In this document: positions 62,540 through 64,000 of the stretch, piece by piece
How the letters are laid out: every line of letters begins with the position of its first letter
Position numbering within the stretch: the first letter of the stretch is position 1
Source: Saccostrea cucullata
Lineage: Eukaryota
NCBI RefSeq assembly: GCF_032062105.1
Contig: NW_026929140.1
Span: 62,001-126,000, forward strand
DNA: 64,000 nucleotides
Direction of reading: 5' to 3'
The notes under the pieces: generated by a model
What the model saw: only the letters and a program-made list of their open reading frames with translations
Told to the model about the DNA's origin: nothing
The model's database searches: none
Position numbers and translations under genes: made by a program

Positions 62540-63909
62540 ATGTTTAATTAAGTTTTCTGCCTGTTCTTTGATTTTGTTCCTTATACTTTCCTGCCCATTT
62601 TTGATGGGTTGATCCCAAAGATCTCAGAGGCGTTGATTTTGGGGTTGGTAGTCTTCTCTTCTGAGCTTCGAATTTTTCATCACTTTTAACAATTCTCACA
62701 AAACTACGATGTCTTTGTCTAATCAGCAAGATTGTGTGTTTCTAAACGGACAGCTAGAATTTCTGCATCAGTTATATTCTTTGGTCTTGACTCTCTTACT
62801 CTGTATCTCATGTCGGGGTCAGGTAAAGCATCTATAAAATGATCTAACGCCAATACATCCCTTATAACAGAATCTGCATTAGGATATGCTTGTCTTGTCA
62901 TTTTACTTAATTATTGCTTGACCAAGTTCTGGAATTTATTCGTCTCTAGATTTCATCTTTGATTGTAACTTTGCTTTATACATTTCTGCACAATTCACTG
63001 ATCCAAAGCGATTCTCTAATGATGTTACCAAACTTTCAAACTTTCTTCTCTCTGTTGCCTTTAATTCATTCAAATTAGTCCATTCTGCTCTTTTCAAACT
63101 TCCGCTAAATAAAATGCCTTTGTTTCATCATTCCACTTGTTAATTTCTGCTAAAATTTCAAACTGTTTTAAATATTCCTCCCAATCATCAGTTCCATCAT
63201 TATGTTGCGGTTTCATTCTCACGGTTTTTGACTTTTCATTGCTACAATCTCAACAAGAATTTTCTTTTTCACTGTGCGTTTCTTTTGGTGATCAAACATG
63301 AGTCTCCATTGATGAATTACTTGTACTTGCGTTTTCAGTTTGACTTGTTTCTTGTCCCATGGAACTTAGTGTCGATTTTCCCATTTCTTCCAATTCTTTC
63401 TTTAGAATCTGGTTTGAAGCTACCTTAGGAGTTGAGGTCACTTGTGGTTCACTTTTTAAAAAGCCTGTGGTTTGACAAAAACTTTCCTTCACAAGGTTTC
63501 TTGTATCCTTTTTTTTTCATTTCTTTTAATTCTGAATTAAGATCACAAATCTGGTCATGAATCCCACTTTTCATCAAATTCATATTAGAATACATAAAAT
63601 TCACTTGCTCATGCAGACTAAATATTTCTTTCTTGAAGAATTCTCTCTGTTGTTGTAACTGATCACAAATCTTTTCTTGAAACACATAGAAACTCTTCTT
63701 TAATTCTGTAGAAAAACCTTCCTTCTTTATTTCTTTGAGATTGATTGACTATGTGATGGTGTCTTAAATTCCTCTTGTATTTCATCTTCCCAGTTTTCTT
63801 GATCTTGAAGCGGAATGGTCTCTTCAAACTGTTCTTTATCCATGATAATTTCCAAATCCTCTATCTCCGATGGTTTCTTCAAAGTAACAACTTTAGAATA
63901 TTCATCCAT
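62540..63909 (-). pseudogene. Gypsy gag, disrupted
   Basis: MKPQH.DG..DWEEY..QFE, LENRFGS and QAYP..RDVLALDHFIDAL motifs; multiple frameshifts. Confidence 0.8.
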
Positions 63910-63972
63910 TTTTTTCACAGCACAAATAATCTCTGAAATTGAATTGCAAAACGTAAACAATAAAAATAACAG

Positions 63973-63989
63973 TCCCACCGCTGCCACCA
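63973..63989 (-). other. Primer-binding site complementary to the tRNA-Leu 3' end
   Basis: TGGTGGCAGCGGTGGGA, 3 nt after the LTR-terminal CA; complements ..UCCCACCGCUGCCACCA. Confidence 0.8.
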
Positions 63990-64000
63990 ATTTGTCAAAA

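Larger units (their letters stand above)
60717..64000 (-). mobile_element. Ty3/Gypsy LTR retrotransposon, decayed and 3'-truncated
   Basis: LTR end (..TGACA) at the window edge, PBS, gag, protease region (FLID..A, MGADFL) and RT up to KEVRS; no RNase H, integrase or 3' LTR. Confidence 0.9.

Overview
AT-rich eukaryotic genomic DNA with spliceosomal introns. The repeat repertoire suggests a bivalve mollusc, probably an oyster (inference). The supplied ORF track misses most real coding sequence because the genes are split into short exons. By reading splice sites I reconstructed three genes that share the cysteine-rich D8C (UMOD/GP2/OIT3-type) module. Gene A (minus strand, 14297 to <60, runs off the left end) and gene C (plus strand, 56290 to >60135, runs off the right end) are VWDE-like paralogues with signal peptides and nearly identical exon sizes, including a shared 15-nt microexon. 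Between them, gene B (plus strand, 23143-33556, 10 coding exons, 440 aa) is complete and encodes a type-I membrane protein: signal peptide, two D8C domains, a TM helix and a ~65-aa cytoplasmic tail with several tyrosine motifs (NYESP, YTYL, VYCMI). A candidate stop-containing 14-nt microexon could yield a tail-less isoform. This D8C receptor plus secreted-paralogue cluster is the best candidate for an undescribed system. The rest is dense, mostly decayed transposon sequence: an Ngaro-type tyrosine-recombinase retrotransposon with an inverted 3' part forming a ~420-bp fold-back and a nested hAT MITE, a DIRS1-type element, a 3'-truncated Ty3/Gypsy with a tRNA-Leu PBS, Tc1 and mariner elements, SINEs (one with a non-tRNA head), a Penelope-type minimal hammerhead with a mutated core, Helentron-associated (HINE/pearl-like) repeats and several palindromic MITEs. 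All calls come from manual reading; no database searches were run.
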